Shown here piece by piece: positions 1 to 9,576 of a stretch of 57,295 bases of DNA; position 1 is the stretch's first letter; every line of letters begins with the position of its first letter. Origin of the DNA: an uncultured Gemmiger sp. (lineage in GTDB: Bacteria; Bacillota; Clostridia; Oscillospirales; Ruminococcaceae); contig CAUEKL010000001.1 in assembly GCA_959018215.1 (NCBI GenBank), forward strand, positions 1-57,295. Reading direction: 5' to 3'. The notes beneath the pieces are model-generated. The model did no database searches. It worked only from the letters and a program-made list of their open reading frames with translations, and was not told where the DNA came from. Made by a program: the position numbers and the translations under genes.

Positions 1-11
1 GGATTTGCATT

Positions 12-854
12 ATGAACGAAACACGTCCCAATGCCCTGCGCCTGCTGCTGCGCTTTGTGCAGGGAATGCTCATCGGGGTGGGGGCGGTACTGCCCGGCAT
101 CTCCGGCGGGGTGCTCTGCGTGGTCTTCGGCATCTACAAACCGGTGATGGAGCTGCTGGGCGACCCCCTGCACAAGTTCCGCACCCATGTGCCCAAACTG
201 CTGCCGGTCATCGCCGGGGCGGCGGTGGGATTCCTGGGGGTGGCCAAGATCCTGGCCTTCTTCCTGGAAAGCTACCCCGGCCCCTCGGTCTGCCTGTTCA
301 TCGGGCTCATCGTGGGCATGCTGCCCTCCCTCTTCCGGGAGGCGGGAGAGCAGGGCCGCCCCAAAGGCTGCGGCCTGGCCCTGGGCATCGCTTTTGCCCT
401 GATCCTGGGGCTGCTCATCGGGCTGAACCTCTTCTCGGTGGTCATCACCCCCAACTTCGGGTGGTATCTCTTCTGCGGGTTCTGCCTGGCGCTGAGCGTC
501 ATCGCCCCGGGCATGAGCTTCTCCACCCTGCTCATGCCCCTGGGCCTGTACACCCCCTTTGTGGACGGCCTGGGCAGCCTGAAATTCGGCATCCTGGTCC
601 CGGCGGGCATCGGGGCCATCATTACCATCATCTGCCTGGCCCGGGCGGTGGACGCCCTCTTCGACCGGTTCTACCCCTACGCCTTCCACGCCATCATCGG
701 GGTGGTGCTGGCGGCCACCCTCATGATCGTGCCGGTGGACAGCTTCACCGCCTCCCCCATGGCGGCGGTGGTGAACGTCCTCTGCCTGGTGGTGGGCGTG
801 GCGGCGGCCCTGGCCCTGGACAAATTCAACTCCCGGGTCCCCAAACAGGACTGA
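12..854 (+). CDS. DUF368-family membrane protein (putative undecaprenyl-phosphate translocase family)
   Basis: 280 aa polytopic hydrophobic ORF with two repeated motifs GAVLPGISGG and IAPGMSFSTLL typical of DUF368. Confidence 0.8.
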   Translation: MNETRPNALRLLLRFVQGMLIGVGAVLPGISGGVLCVVFGIYKPVMELLGDPLHKFRTHVPKLLPVIAGAAVGFLGVAKILAFFLESYPGPSVCLFIGLIVGMLPSLFREAGEQGRPKGCGLALGIAFALILGLLIGLNLFSVVITPNFGWYLFCGFCLALSVIAPGMSFSTLLMPLGLYTPFVDGLGSLKFGILVPAGIGAIITIICLARAVDALFDRFYPYAFHAIIGVVLAATLMIVPVDSFTASPMAAVVNVLCLVVGVAAALALDKFNSRVPKQD

Positions 855-861
855 CTTTCCC

Positions 862-902
862 AAAAAAAAGCGGAGCACCCCTTTGGGGGCGCTCCGCTTT
901 TT
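862..902. terminator. Bidirectional intrinsic terminator
   Basis: aaaaaaaagcggagcaccccttt-gggggcgctccgcttttt: GC stem with A-tract and T-tract between convergent genes. Confidence 0.85.
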
Positions 903-923
903 GTATGCGGCAAAACAGGGAAA

Positions 924-1772
924 TCACAGCAGCTTGGGGGCCAGGGCCTTGGAGGTGCGCTGCTTGGCCAGGGTGGTCAGCTCCAGGTTGTCCATGGTGA
1001 AGCGCAGCACCAGCACCTCCGCCACATACAGCATGGCGATCTTGGCGGCGATGCTGCCCCCTTCCAGGGGGCTTTCCTGGGCGCCGCACAGCAGCACCAC
1101 GTCCGCCAGGGTTACCCCGGGGGCGTCGGCGTAATGGGTCATCAGGATGATGCGGGCCCCGCAGCTCTTGGCCAGGCGCAGGGTCTCCAGCATATCCCGG
1201 GTGGCGCCGGAGTAGGACACGAACAGCACCACGTCCTCCGGCCCCATGAGGCTGGCGGTGAGGGCCTGCATGTGGCTGTCCCCGGCGGTGTGGAACTTGG
1301 TGGTCACGGTGGCGAACCGGGCCCAGATATCGTTGGCCAGCACCTGGCTGCCGCCCTGGCCGAAGCAGTAGACCTGCCGGGCCCGCTGCAGAAGGGTGGC
1401 GGCCCGGTCCACGGCGGCGGGGTCCAGGGCGTCCCGGGTGCCGTTGATGGCCGCGGTGCTCACGGCGGCGGCGTAGGCGCACAGGGAGGCAGTGTCGCTG
1501 CCCGGCTCCGGTTTGCCGGTGGCGGCGGGCTGGGCGGCGGCGTTGGCCTGGGCCAGGGCGATCTTCATCTCATTGTAGCCGTCAAAGCCCAGGGACCGGC
1601 AGAAGCGGAAGATGGTGGCCTCGGCCACGCCGCATTCTTTGGCCAGGGAGGAAATGGACAGATACTGTGCTTCCTCGGGGTGCTGGACCAGATAGTCGGC
1701 CACCAGACGGCCGGACTTGGTCAGGTCGTTGTGTTTGTCGCGCAGCAGCTGCCAGAAGCTCTGCTCTTTCAT
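924..1772 (-). CDS. RpiR/MurR-family transcriptional regulator (HTH + SIS), probable NanR
   Basis: N-terminal HTH 'SISSLAKECGVAEATIFRFCRSLGFDGYNEMK', SIS motif 'SYSGAT'; divergent from the nan operon. Confidence 0.9.
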   Translation of the reverse strand: MKEQSFWQLLRDKHNDLTKSGRLVADYLVQHPEEAQYLSISSLAKECGVAEATIFRFCRSLGFDGYNEMKIALAQANAAAQPAATGKPEPGSDTASLCAYAAAVSTAAINGTRDALDPAAVDRAATLLQRARQVYCFGQGGSQVLANDIWARFATVTTKFHTAGDSHMQALTASLMGPEDVVLFVSYSGATRDMLETLRLAKSCGARIILMTHYADAPGVTLADVVLLCGAQESPLEGGSIAAKIAMLYVAEVLVLRFTMDNLELTTLAKQRTSKALAPKLL

Positions 1773-1835
1773 GCTCGGAATCGTTCCTTTCCGCAGGGAA
1801 TCCTGCCTGTGGGGCCCGGGGGAGGCCCGATGTGT

Positions 1836-1848
1836 GAAAAATATTTTC
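1836..1848. promoter_or_regulatory. Putative NanR (RpiR) operator
   Basis: GAAAAATATTTTC near-palindrome, matching the NanR box I recall for Clostridium perfringens; upstream of the regulator. Confidence 0.6.
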
Positions 1849-2293
1849 TATATTTAGTATAAAAGAAAGTTTGCCGTTTGACAAGTGCGGCATCCTGCTC
1901 AATATACAGGCGATACCTTGTATATTTTGCCGAAAACCGGGTGAAAAAATGAAAAGGTTCCCACTTTCCCCGGAACCGGGGCGGACCTTCGCACAGAAGG
2001 GGGAGTTGTGTGCAACAGAAAAACACCGCTCCGAAAAATCACGAAAAAACGGAAAACACCGGGCCGTGTGTTTCCTGCCCGCAGGGGGAAAAGAAAACTT
2101 AGAAAAAGAAAAAAACTTACATTTTGCAAAAGTCTGAAAAGGGGGCTTCCCAAAGCCCCTGGCGGAGCGGCAGGGTAGGGGAGTGGAAAAAAAATCACGG
2201 TATTTCCGGGAAAAGAGGGCGGTTTTCCACCGCCTTTGTGTAAAACGTTCAAAATTGATGCAAAAGATTGGTCAAAGAGCCCCTAGACAAAAT

Positions 2294-2306
2294 GAAAATA
2301 ATTTTC
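2294..2306. promoter_or_regulatory. Second putative NanR operator
   Basis: GAAAATAATTTTC about 70 bp upstream of the ABC substrate-binding gene; same motif as 1836-1848. Confidence 0.55.
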
Positions 2307-2377
2307 TAAAATGAAATCAACGAAAGGGCGATGGCCTCCACCGCCCGACAACGGAACGAACACCAAAGGAGAACACT

Positions 2378-3736
2378 ATGAAGAAGCAGCTTTCCATGTT
2401 GCTGGCGGCCGGTATGGCCGTGAGCCTGCTGGCCGGATGCGGCGGCACCCCCTCCAGCACCGCGTCCGACAGCCCCGCTACCGCCGATACCGGCACCTCC
2501 GCCGCTGCCGAAACCTCCGGCGACGCCACCGCCATCACCCTGTGGACCTACCCCATCGGCAGCTTCGGCGACGCCGCCACCGTGGACGGCCTCATCGCCA
2601 AGTTCAATGAATCCCATCCCGAGATCAGCGTCACCGTGGAGTACCTGGACTACACCAACGGCGACGACCAGGTCACCGCCGCCATCGAAGCCGGCACCAC
2701 CCCCGACATCATCATGGAAGGCCCCGAGCGCCTGGTCTCCAACTGGGGCGCCAAGGGCAAGATGCTGCCCCTGAACGACCTGTGGACCGATGAGGCTGTG
2801 GCCGACATCTCCGCCACCAGCGCCAACGTGGTCAGCGCCTGCCAGTGGACCGACGGCAACTACTATGAGTACCCCCTGTGCATGACCACCCACACCATGG
2901 CCATCAACAAGGAAATGTTCGAGGCTGCCGGCGCCCTGCAGTACATCAACGAGGACGGCACCTGGACCACCGAAAACTTTGAAAAGGCCCTGCAGGCTCT
3001 GAAGGATTCCGGCGTTTCCACCACCGCCATCGTCTACTGCGGCGGCCAGGGCGGCGACCAGGGCACCCGCGCTCTGGTGAATAACCTGTACAGCGGCCAG
3101 TTCACCAACGCCGACCACACCGCCTACACCGCCGACAGCGACGCCAACAAGAAGGCCCTGCAGCAGCTGGTGGACTGGGTGGATGAAGGCCTCATCACCT
3201 ACGACGCAGCCGCCCAGGCCAGCGACGAACTGCAGCTGTTCGCCAACGGCAACGTGGCCATGACCCTGTGCTGGAACGCTTCCAACCAGGCCAACTACGC
3301 CGAGTCCGTCACCTTCACCGCCATGCCGGTGGCCTTCCCCTCCGACGACGGCGTGCCCGAACTGTGCGGCGGCATCTGGGGCTTCGGCCTGTTTGACAAC
3401 GGCGACGACGCCAAGGCCGCCGCTGCCAAGGAGTTCATCAAGTTCCTGTGCGACGACGCCGAGCAGGGCCCCGAGAGCGTCCGTCTGACCGGTTTCTTCC
3501 CCGTCCGTTCCTCCTTCGGCGATGTGTACGCCGGCACCGAGGATGAAGCCCGCATGGCGCAGTTTGCCAGCTTCATGCAGTACCTGGGCGACTACTACAA
3601 CGTGGCTCCCGGCTGGGCCGAGCAGCGCACCGCCTGGTGGAACATGCTGCAGCAGATCTTCAGCGGCGTGAGCGTGGACGACGCCACCGCCACCTACCAG
3701 CAGAGCTGCGCCGACGCCATCAACGGCGCCGCCTGA
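2378..3736 (+). CDS. Sugar ABC transporter substrate-binding lipoprotein (sialic acid, by context)
   Basis: Lipobox LLAGC, SBP_bac_1-like sequence, RBS aaggag; first gene of the nan operon. Confidence 0.9.
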   Translation: MKKQLSMLLAAGMAVSLLAGCGGTPSSTASDSPATADTGTSAAAETSGDATAITLWTYPIGSFGDAATVDGLIAKFNESHPEISVTVEYLDYTNGDDQVTAAIEAGTTPDIIMEGPERLVSNWGAKGKMLPLNDLWTDEAVADISATSANVVSACQWTDGNYYEYPLCMTTHTMAINKEMFEAAGALQYINEDGTWTTENFEKALQALKDSGVSTTAIVYCGGQGGDQGTRALVNNLYSGQFTNADHTAYTADSDANKKALQQLVDWVDEGLITYDAAAQASDELQLFANGNVAMTLCWNASNQANYAESVTFTAMPVAFPSDDGVPELCGGIWGFGLFDNGDDAKAAAAKEFIKFLCDDAEQGPESVRLTGFFPVRSSFGDVYAGTEDEARMAQFASFMQYLGDYYNVAPGWAEQRTAWWNMLQQIFSGVSVDDATATYQQSCADAINGAA

Positions 3737-3914
3737 CAACAACTGATACGCAAGGCGGCATGACCTGCCGCCGGGGACACTTCCCGTCCGGTGCCTGACA
3801 GCCGGCGGGACCGCCGCCCCCGCTCCATCGGGTCAAACAGGTGGAGCGGGGGCTTTGTTTGTATCCGGCTCATTCCCCCAACACGGGACCCATCTAGTAA
3901 AGGAGGGCCTTCTC

Positions 3915-4862
3915 ATGGCTTCCAAAACCAAGGCAGCCGCCGCCGGCGGCGAGACCCTGACCTACAACCAGGGCACCTTCCGCAATTCCGCTCTGGTGCG
4001 GCAGCAGACCCTGGCGGCCTACCTGTTCCTGCTGCCGGCACTCATCTTCTTTGTCCTGTTCGTGGTGGTGCCCATGGTCATGTGCCTGGTCACCAGCTTC
4101 CTGGACTACCGCATGGGCAAGCCACTGACCTTTGTGGGCTTCGCCCAGTACATCAAGATGTTCCAGGACCCGGTCTTCCTCAAGGCCCTGCAGAACACCT
4201 TCATCCTGGTCATTGTGGCCGTGCCCGCCGTCACCGCCTTCTCTCTGTGGGTGGGCTCGGTGGTGTACAAGATGTCCTCCTTCAAGCGCAGCTTCTACCG
4301 GTGTGTCTTCTACCTGCCGGTGGTCACCGGCACCGTGGCTGTGGCCGTGGTGTGGAAGTGGATGTTCAACAAGTACACCGGCCTGATCAACTACGTCCTC
4401 AATGCCGTGGGCCTCATTGACGAAAACATCAGCTGGCTGGGCGACGCCCGGTTCGCCCTGGGGTGCATCACCCTGATTTTGTTCACCACCTCCATCGGCC
4501 AGCCCATCGTTTTGTACATCGCGGCGCTGGGCAACGTGGACCCCTCCCTGATCGACGCGGCGGAGGTGGACGGCGCGTCCAACCTGCAGGTGTTCTGGCA
4601 CATCAAGTGGCCCCAGATCATGCCCACCACCCTGTACATCCTGGTCATCACCACCATCAACACCTTCCAGTGCTACGCCCTGATCCAGCTGTTGACTTCC
4701 GGCGGTCCCAACCACGCCACCGATACCATCATGTACTACATCTACTACCAGGCCTTCAAACTGAATGACTACGGCTACGGCAACGCCATGGGCGTGGTGC
4801 TGGCCATCATCATCGCCATCCTCAGCGCCATTCAGTTCAAGTTCGCCGGTTCGTCTGACTAA
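3915..4862 (+). CDS. Carbohydrate ABC transporter permease
   Basis: EAA-type motif 'LIDAAEVDGAS', TM helices; ATG at 3915 after aggagg. Confidence 0.9.
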   Translation: MASKTKAAAAGGETLTYNQGTFRNSALVRQQTLAAYLFLLPALIFFVLFVVVPMVMCLVTSFLDYRMGKPLTFVGFAQYIKMFQDPVFLKALQNTFILVIVAVPAVTAFSLWVGSVVYKMSSFKRSFYRCVFYLPVVTGTVAVAVVWKWMFNKYTGLINYVLNAVGLIDENISWLGDARFALGCITLILFTTSIGQPIVLYIAALGNVDPSLIDAAEVDGASNLQVFWHIKWPQIMPTTLYILVITTINTFQCYALIQLLTSGGPNHATDTIMYYIYYQAFKLNDYGYGNAMGVVLAIIIAILSAIQFKFAGSSD

Positions 4863-4876
4863 AGGAGGGTCACACT

Positions 4877-5716
4877 ATGGAATCCAGCGTCAAAAGCAAA
4901 GCCCTGACCCCCGGCAAGGTCCTGACCAACATTGTTCTGGTACTGCTGGCCATCTTCTTCATCTTCCCGCTGTACTGGATCGTCACCGGCTCCTTCAAGG
5001 ACCGCATCGCCGTCAACGCCAGCCCGCCGGTCTGGTTCCCCACCGAACCCACCCTGGACAACTACATCCGCCTGCTGGAAAACCCCGCCCTGCGCTGGCT
5101 GGGCAACACCGTCTTCATGGCGGTGGTGGCCATGGCCCTGACCTGCATCACCGCCGCCATGGCGGGCTATGTGCTGGCCAAAAAGCGCTTTCCCGGCCGC
5201 AAACTCATCTTCAGCATCATGATCTGCGCCATGGCCCTGCCCAAGCAGGTCATCCTGATCCCCCTGCTCAAGGAGATGAGCTTCCTCCACCTGCACGACA
5301 GCCTGTGGGCCGTCATCTTCCCCACCGTGGGCTGGCCCTTCGGCATCTTCCTCATGAAGCAGTTCAGCGAGACCATCCCCGGTGAGATGATCGAGGCCGC
5401 CCGCATCGACGGCGCCGGCGAGGTGCGCACCTTCACCGACGTGGTGCTGCCCATGGTCACCCCGGGCATCGGCGCCTTGGCCATCTTCACCTTCATCAAC
5501 AGCTGGAACGACTACTTCCTCCAGCTCATCATGCTGAACTCCAGCGAAAACCTGACCATCTCCCTGGGCATCGCCAAGATCCAGGCGGAAATGTCCAACG
5601 ACTTCGGCCTCATCATGGCGGGCGCCGCGCTGGCTGCCATCCCCATCATCGCCGTGTTCCTGGCCTTCCAGAAGTACTTCACCCAGGGCATTGCCATGGG
5701 TGCCGTCAAGGGCTGA
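4877..5716 (+). CDS. Carbohydrate ABC transporter permease
   Basis: 'EMIEAARIDGA', 'WNDY', C-terminal 'FQKYFTQGIAMGAVKG'. Confidence 0.9.
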   Translation: MESSVKSKALTPGKVLTNIVLVLLAIFFIFPLYWIVTGSFKDRIAVNASPPVWFPTEPTLDNYIRLLENPALRWLGNTVFMAVVAMALTCITAAMAGYVLAKKRFPGRKLIFSIMICAMALPKQVILIPLLKEMSFLHLHDSLWAVIFPTVGWPFGIFLMKQFSETIPGEMIEAARIDGAGEVRTFTDVVLPMVTPGIGALAIFTFINSWNDYFLQLIMLNSSENLTISLGIAKIQAEMSNDFGLIMAGAALAAIPIIAVFLAFQKYFTQGIAMGAVKG

Positions 5717-5741
5717 TACTGTATAAGGAGTGTTTGCAATC

Positions 5742-6671
5742 ATGAAAGACATTACCAAATACCGCGGCGTTATTCCGGCTTTCTATGCCTGCTACGCACC
5801 GGACGGCTCCATCTCCACCGACGGGGTGCGGGCCCTGACCCGCCACCTCATGGCCAAGGGCGTGAAGGGCGTGTATGTGGGCGGCTCTTCCGGCGAGTGC
5901 ATCTACCAGCATGTGGATGAGCGCAAAGCCGTGCTGGAAGCGGTCATGGAGGAGGCGGCGGGCAAGATCACCGTCATCGCCCATGTGGCCTGCAACAACA
6001 CCGCCGACTCCGCCGAGCTGGCCGCCCATGCGGAAAAATGCGGCGTGGACGCCATTGCCGCCATCCCGCCCATCTACTTCCACCTGCCGCCCTACGCCAT
6101 CGCCTCCTACTGGAACACCATGAGCGCCGCGGCCCCCAACACCGAATTCGTCATCTACAACATCCCCCAGCTGGCGGGCACCGCCCTGACCATGCCCCTG
6201 CTGGAAGAGATGCTCAGGAACCCCAACGTCATCGCGGTGAAGAACTCCTCCATGCCCACCCAGGACATCCAGATGTTCAAGGATGCGGGCATCGCCGCCC
6301 GGGGCGCCGACGGGTTTGCCGTCTTCAACGGCCCCGACGAGCAGTTTGTCTCGGGACTGGCCATGGGCGCCGACGGCGGCATCGGCGGCACCTACGCCGT
6401 CATGCCCGAACTGTTCCTGAAAATGTACGAGCTGGTCAAGGCCGGGGATATCCCTGCCGCCCGCACCATCCAGTACCAGGCCGACCGCATCATCTACAAG
6501 ATGTGCGAAGCCAAGGGCAACCTGTACGCCGTGCAGAAGGAGATCCTGCGCCGTCAGTACGGGCTGGAACTGGGCGGCGTGCGTGCCCCCCTGCCCAACC
6601 TGATGCCCGGGGATGAGGCCGTGGTGGCCGAAGCCCAGAAGATGATCGAGGCCGCCGTCCAGGCCCTGTAA
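5742..6671 (+). CDS. nanA: N-acetylneuraminate lyase (DHDPS family)
   Basis: GGSSGE motif, YNIP, Schiff-base lysine in 'VKNSS'; adjacent to nanE; ATG at 5742 after aaggag. Confidence 0.85.
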   Translation: MKDITKYRGVIPAFYACYAPDGSISTDGVRALTRHLMAKGVKGVYVGGSSGECIYQHVDERKAVLEAVMEEAAGKITVIAHVACNNTADSAELAAHAEKCGVDAIAAIPPIYFHLPPYAIASYWNTMSAAAPNTEFVIYNIPQLAGTALTMPLLEEMLRNPNVIAVKNSSMPTQDIQMFKDAGIAARGADGFAVFNGPDEQFVSGLAMGADGGIGGTYAVMPELFLKMYELVKAGDIPAARTIQYQADRIIYKMCEAKGNLYAVQKEILRRQYGLELGGVRAPLPNLMPGDEAVVAEAQKMIEAAVQAL

Positions 6672-6707
6672 GGCCCCGGCGGACCCTTTCCGGAAAGGAG
6701 CTGCGCC

Positions 6708-7166
6708 ATGATCACCGATACTCTTGCCCATCTGGCCCGGTACCGCGGGCTGCACAAAAACCTGGACACCGCCATCGACTGGCTGGAAACCCACGATGTG
6801 ACCGCCCTGCCCCTGGGCCGGACGGTCATTGACGGGGAGGCGGTGTTCGTCAACGTGATGGACGCCGAACTGCGGGACGCCGAGGGCGCCGCCTTTGAGT
6901 ATCACCGCCGCTACGCCGATCTGCAGATCGACCTGACCGGGGCCGAGCGGTGGGACTGGGCCGCCGAAGGCACCTATCTGGTGCCCAACGCCCCCTACGA
7001 CCCGGACAGCGACGCGGGCCTGGGCACTGCCAAAGAACAGGCTTCCGGCACCCTGGGCGCAGGGCGGTTTGCCCTCTTCCTGCCCGGGGAACCCCACAAG
7101 CCCAGCTGCCACTGCGGGGTGTGCACCCACCTGCGCAAGGCAGTGGTGAAGATCGAGATGGGCTGA
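6708..7166 (+). CDS. YhcH/YjgK/YiaL-family protein (NanQ-like)
   Basis: 'FEYHRRYADLQI' and 'FALFLPGEPHKP...RKAVVKI' motifs. Confidence 0.88.
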   Translation: MITDTLAHLARYRGLHKNLDTAIDWLETHDVTALPLGRTVIDGEAVFVNVMDAELRDAEGAAFEYHRRYADLQIDLTGAERWDWAAEGTYLVPNAPYDPDSDAGLGTAKEQASGTLGAGRFALFLPGEPHKPSCHCGVCTHLRKAVVKIEMG

Positions 7167-7175
7167 AAGGACGCT

Positions 7176-7880
7176 ATGATGGAGAAAGAAAAACTGCTGA
7201 AACAAATTGAACACGGGCTCATCGTCTCCTGCCAGGCGCTGGAGAACGAGCCCCTGTACACCCCCGAGGGGGGCATCATGCCCCTGATGGCCAAAGCCGC
7301 CGCCATGAGCGGGGCGGTGGGCATCCGGGCCAACACGGTGCGGGACATCACCCAGATCAAGGCGGCGGTGGACCTGCCGGTCATCGGCATCATCAAGAAG
7401 GACTACCCCGGCACCCCCATGTACATCACCGTCACCATGGACGAGGTGGATGCCCTGGTGGGCTGCGGGGTGGACATCCTGGCCGTGCAGGGCACCAGCG
7501 CCCTGCGCCCCGACGGGTCCACGGCGGCCCAGTTCATCCAGGCCGTCAAGGCCAAGTACCCCGACCAGCCCCTGATGGCGGACATTGCCACCTTTGAGGA
7601 GGCCATGGCCTGCGCGGAAGCGGGCGCCGACTTTGTGGGCACCACCATGCGGGGCTACACCCCCGAGACCACCGGCATCAACGACATCGACTTCGACTTT
7701 GTGGCCAAACTGGCCAAAGAATGCCCGGCCAGGGTCATTGCCGAAGGGCACATCCACTATCCGGAACAGGCCCGCAAGGCGCTGGAAGCCGGGGCCTTCG
7801 CCCTGGTGGTGGGCGGTGCCATCACCCGCCCGGCGGAGATCACCGCCCGGTTCACCGCGGCCATCCGCGACCTGGGCTGA
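7176..7880 (+). CDS. nanE: N-acetylmannosamine-6-phosphate 2-epimerase
   Basis: 'LIVSCQAL', 'GIRAN', 'PVIGIIK', 'VVGGAITRP' motifs. Confidence 0.93.
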   Translation: MMEKEKLLKQIEHGLIVSCQALENEPLYTPEGGIMPLMAKAAAMSGAVGIRANTVRDITQIKAAVDLPVIGIIKKDYPGTPMYITVTMDEVDALVGCGVDILAVQGTSALRPDGSTAAQFIQAVKAKYPDQPLMADIATFEEAMACAEAGADFVGTTMRGYTPETTGINDIDFDFVAKLAKECPARVIAEGHIHYPEQARKALEAGAFALVVGGAITRPAEITARFTAAIRDLG

Positions 7881-7892
7881 GAGGAGGACCGG

Positions 7893-8819
7893 ATGGAGAA
7901 AGTCTATCTGGGCATCGACATCGGAGGCACGGCGGTGAAGCTGGGCCTGGTGGACGGCACCGGCCGGGTGCTGGCCCGGGCCGAGGAGAGCGTGAGCTTT
8001 GACGGCTACAAGACCCCCATTCTGGACACGGTCACCGGGGCGGCCGCCCGCTTTCTGGCGGGGCAGAGCATCACCCCGGCGGGGGTGGGCGTTTCGGCCA
8101 CCGGACAGATCGACAGCAAAGAGGGCGTGGTGGCCGGCACCTGCGGCAGCCTGCCCGGCTGGGACGGCGCCCCCCTTCGCGCCACCCTGGAGCGGGCCCT
8201 GAGCCTGCCGGTGACGGTGGCCAACGACGCCAACTGTATGGTATTGGGCGAAGTCTGGGCCGGGGCGGCCAAGGGCTGCACCGACGTCATCGGCATCACC
8301 ATCGGCACCGGCGTGGGCGGCGGCATCCTGACCGGAGGCCGCCTGCTGGACGGCGCCCGGGGCCTGGGCGGGGAGATCGGCCACTACCGCACCCATGTGC
8401 GGGACGGCGTGCCCTGCACCTGCGGGGCCGTGGGCTGCTGGGAGCGGTACGCTTCCACCACCGCCCTGGTGCGCACCGCCCGGGAAGAAAATCCCGCCTG
8501 GGACAGCGGCCGGGCCATCTTTGCCGCCGCTGAGGCGGGGGACAGGGAAGTGCTGGCTTTGCTGGATGCCTGGATCGAGGAGATCGCCCAGGGCCTGGCG
8601 GGACTGGTGCACATCTTCAACCCCCAGCGGATCCTGGTGGGGGGCGGCGTGTCCGCCCAGACCGACCTGCTTATCCGCCCCCTGGCCGACCGGGTGGCGG
8701 CATCGGTGATGCCGGCCTTCCGGGAAGGGCTTACCCTGCGGGCCGCCGAGCTGCGCAACGACGCGGGCCTGGTGGGCGCGGTGTATTATCTGCGGCAGCA
8801 GAAACCCGAACTGGTGTAA
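7893..8819 (+). CDS. nanK: ROK-family sugar kinase (probable ManNAc kinase)
   Basis: 'GIDIGGT', 'NDANC', 'GTGVGGG', 'GEIGH...CTCG..GCWE' ROK motifs; nan operon context. Confidence 0.78.
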   Translation: MEKVYLGIDIGGTAVKLGLVDGTGRVLARAEESVSFDGYKTPILDTVTGAAARFLAGQSITPAGVGVSATGQIDSKEGVVAGTCGSLPGWDGAPLRATLERALSLPVTVANDANCMVLGEVWAGAAKGCTDVIGITIGTGVGGGILTGGRLLDGARGLGGEIGHYRTHVRDGVPCTCGAVGCWERYASTTALVRTAREENPAWDSGRAIFAAAEAGDREVLALLDAWIEEIAQGLAGLVHIFNPQRILVGGGVSAQTDLLIRPLADRVAASVMPAFREGLTLRAAELRNDAGLVGAVYYLRQQKPELV

Positions 8820-8862
8820 AAGCGGCGGCCTTCCCATCCTGCGCGGGAAGGCCGCCGGATAC

Positions 8863-8898
8863 AAAAAGGCTCCCCTTGTAAAAGGGGAGCCTTTTTTT
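8863..8898. terminator. Bidirectional intrinsic terminator
   Basis: aaaaaggctcccctt-gtaa-aaggggagccttttttt between the convergent nan and TIR operons. Confidence 0.88.
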
Positions 8899-8904
8899 GT
8901 GGGG

Positions 8905-9576
8905 TCAGGGCACCCGGGGCAGGCCCAGGCGGTCCAGCAGGGCAAAATAATCCGGCACCATGGCGTCGGGAGGCAGCAGGGCTTCCAGCCGGCGGCGCTT
9001 GCGCTCGGTGGGCACCATGCCCAGGAACGGGCAGCCTGCCGCCCGGGCGCAGGCCAGGTCCCGGCCGGTATCCCCCAAAAACAGGGCGGTCTCCGGCGCT
9101 GCGCCCAGGGTGTGCAGCATCCCGGTCAGGGCGCGGGGATCGGGTTTCATCCATTCGGGATGTTCGGGGATGCGCCCCGCCACCGGCAGGGGAGCGGGCA
9201 GGTCCAGCCGGTCCAGAAACCGCTGCACCGAAGCGGGGGAGTTGTTGGTCACCACCCCCAGGCGGCAGCCCCGGGCCAGCAATACGGTCAGACATTCCCG
9301 CACCCCGGGCACCGGGTCCCCGGTGCCCGCGGCCTCGGTCTCGGCCCGGGTGAGCAGGGCGTCTGCCTGCTGCAGGGCCCGGGTGCGGCAGGGCCCTGCG
9401 GGCAGATGGGTCAAAATCGCCCCGAACACATCAAAAGCGTCCTGTTCCGGGAAAAAGGGCACCCCCAGGGGCTGCATGGCCCGCTGCAGGTCCCGGCGGA
9501 CCGGACCCAGGTCGTACCGGCTGAACAGGCGGCAGAGGGTGCCGTCAAAGTCAAAGAGAAAACAGTCCGGCTTCAT
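8905..9576 (-). CDS. HAD-superfamily phosphatase (phosphoglycolate-phosphatase-like)
   Basis: Motif I FDFDGTL, II VVTNN, III KPDP, IV GDTGRD; ATG at 9576 overlaps the TGA of the upstream TIR gene (ATGA). Confidence 0.88.
   Translation of the reverse strand: MKPDCFLFDFDGTLCRLFSRYDLGPVRRDLQRAMQPLGVPFFPEQDAFDVFGAILTHLPAGPCRTRALQQADALLTRAETEAAGTGDPVPGVRECLTVLLARGCRLGVVTNNSPASVQRFLDRLDLPAPLPVAGRIPEHPEWMKPDPRALTGMLHTLGAAPETALFLGDTGRDLACARAAGCPFLGMVPTERKRRRLEALLPPDAMVPDYFALLDRLGLPRVP

Noticed and set aside
5706..8945. 1079-aa minus-strand ORF and similar long antisense ORFs (2306-3742, 12241-14613, 17695-18999, 20181-22544, 22682-24919, 51325-53019, 53896-55614, 56246-57271)
   Set aside because: Shadow frames opposite well-supported genes, expected with strong GC3 bias; no motifs
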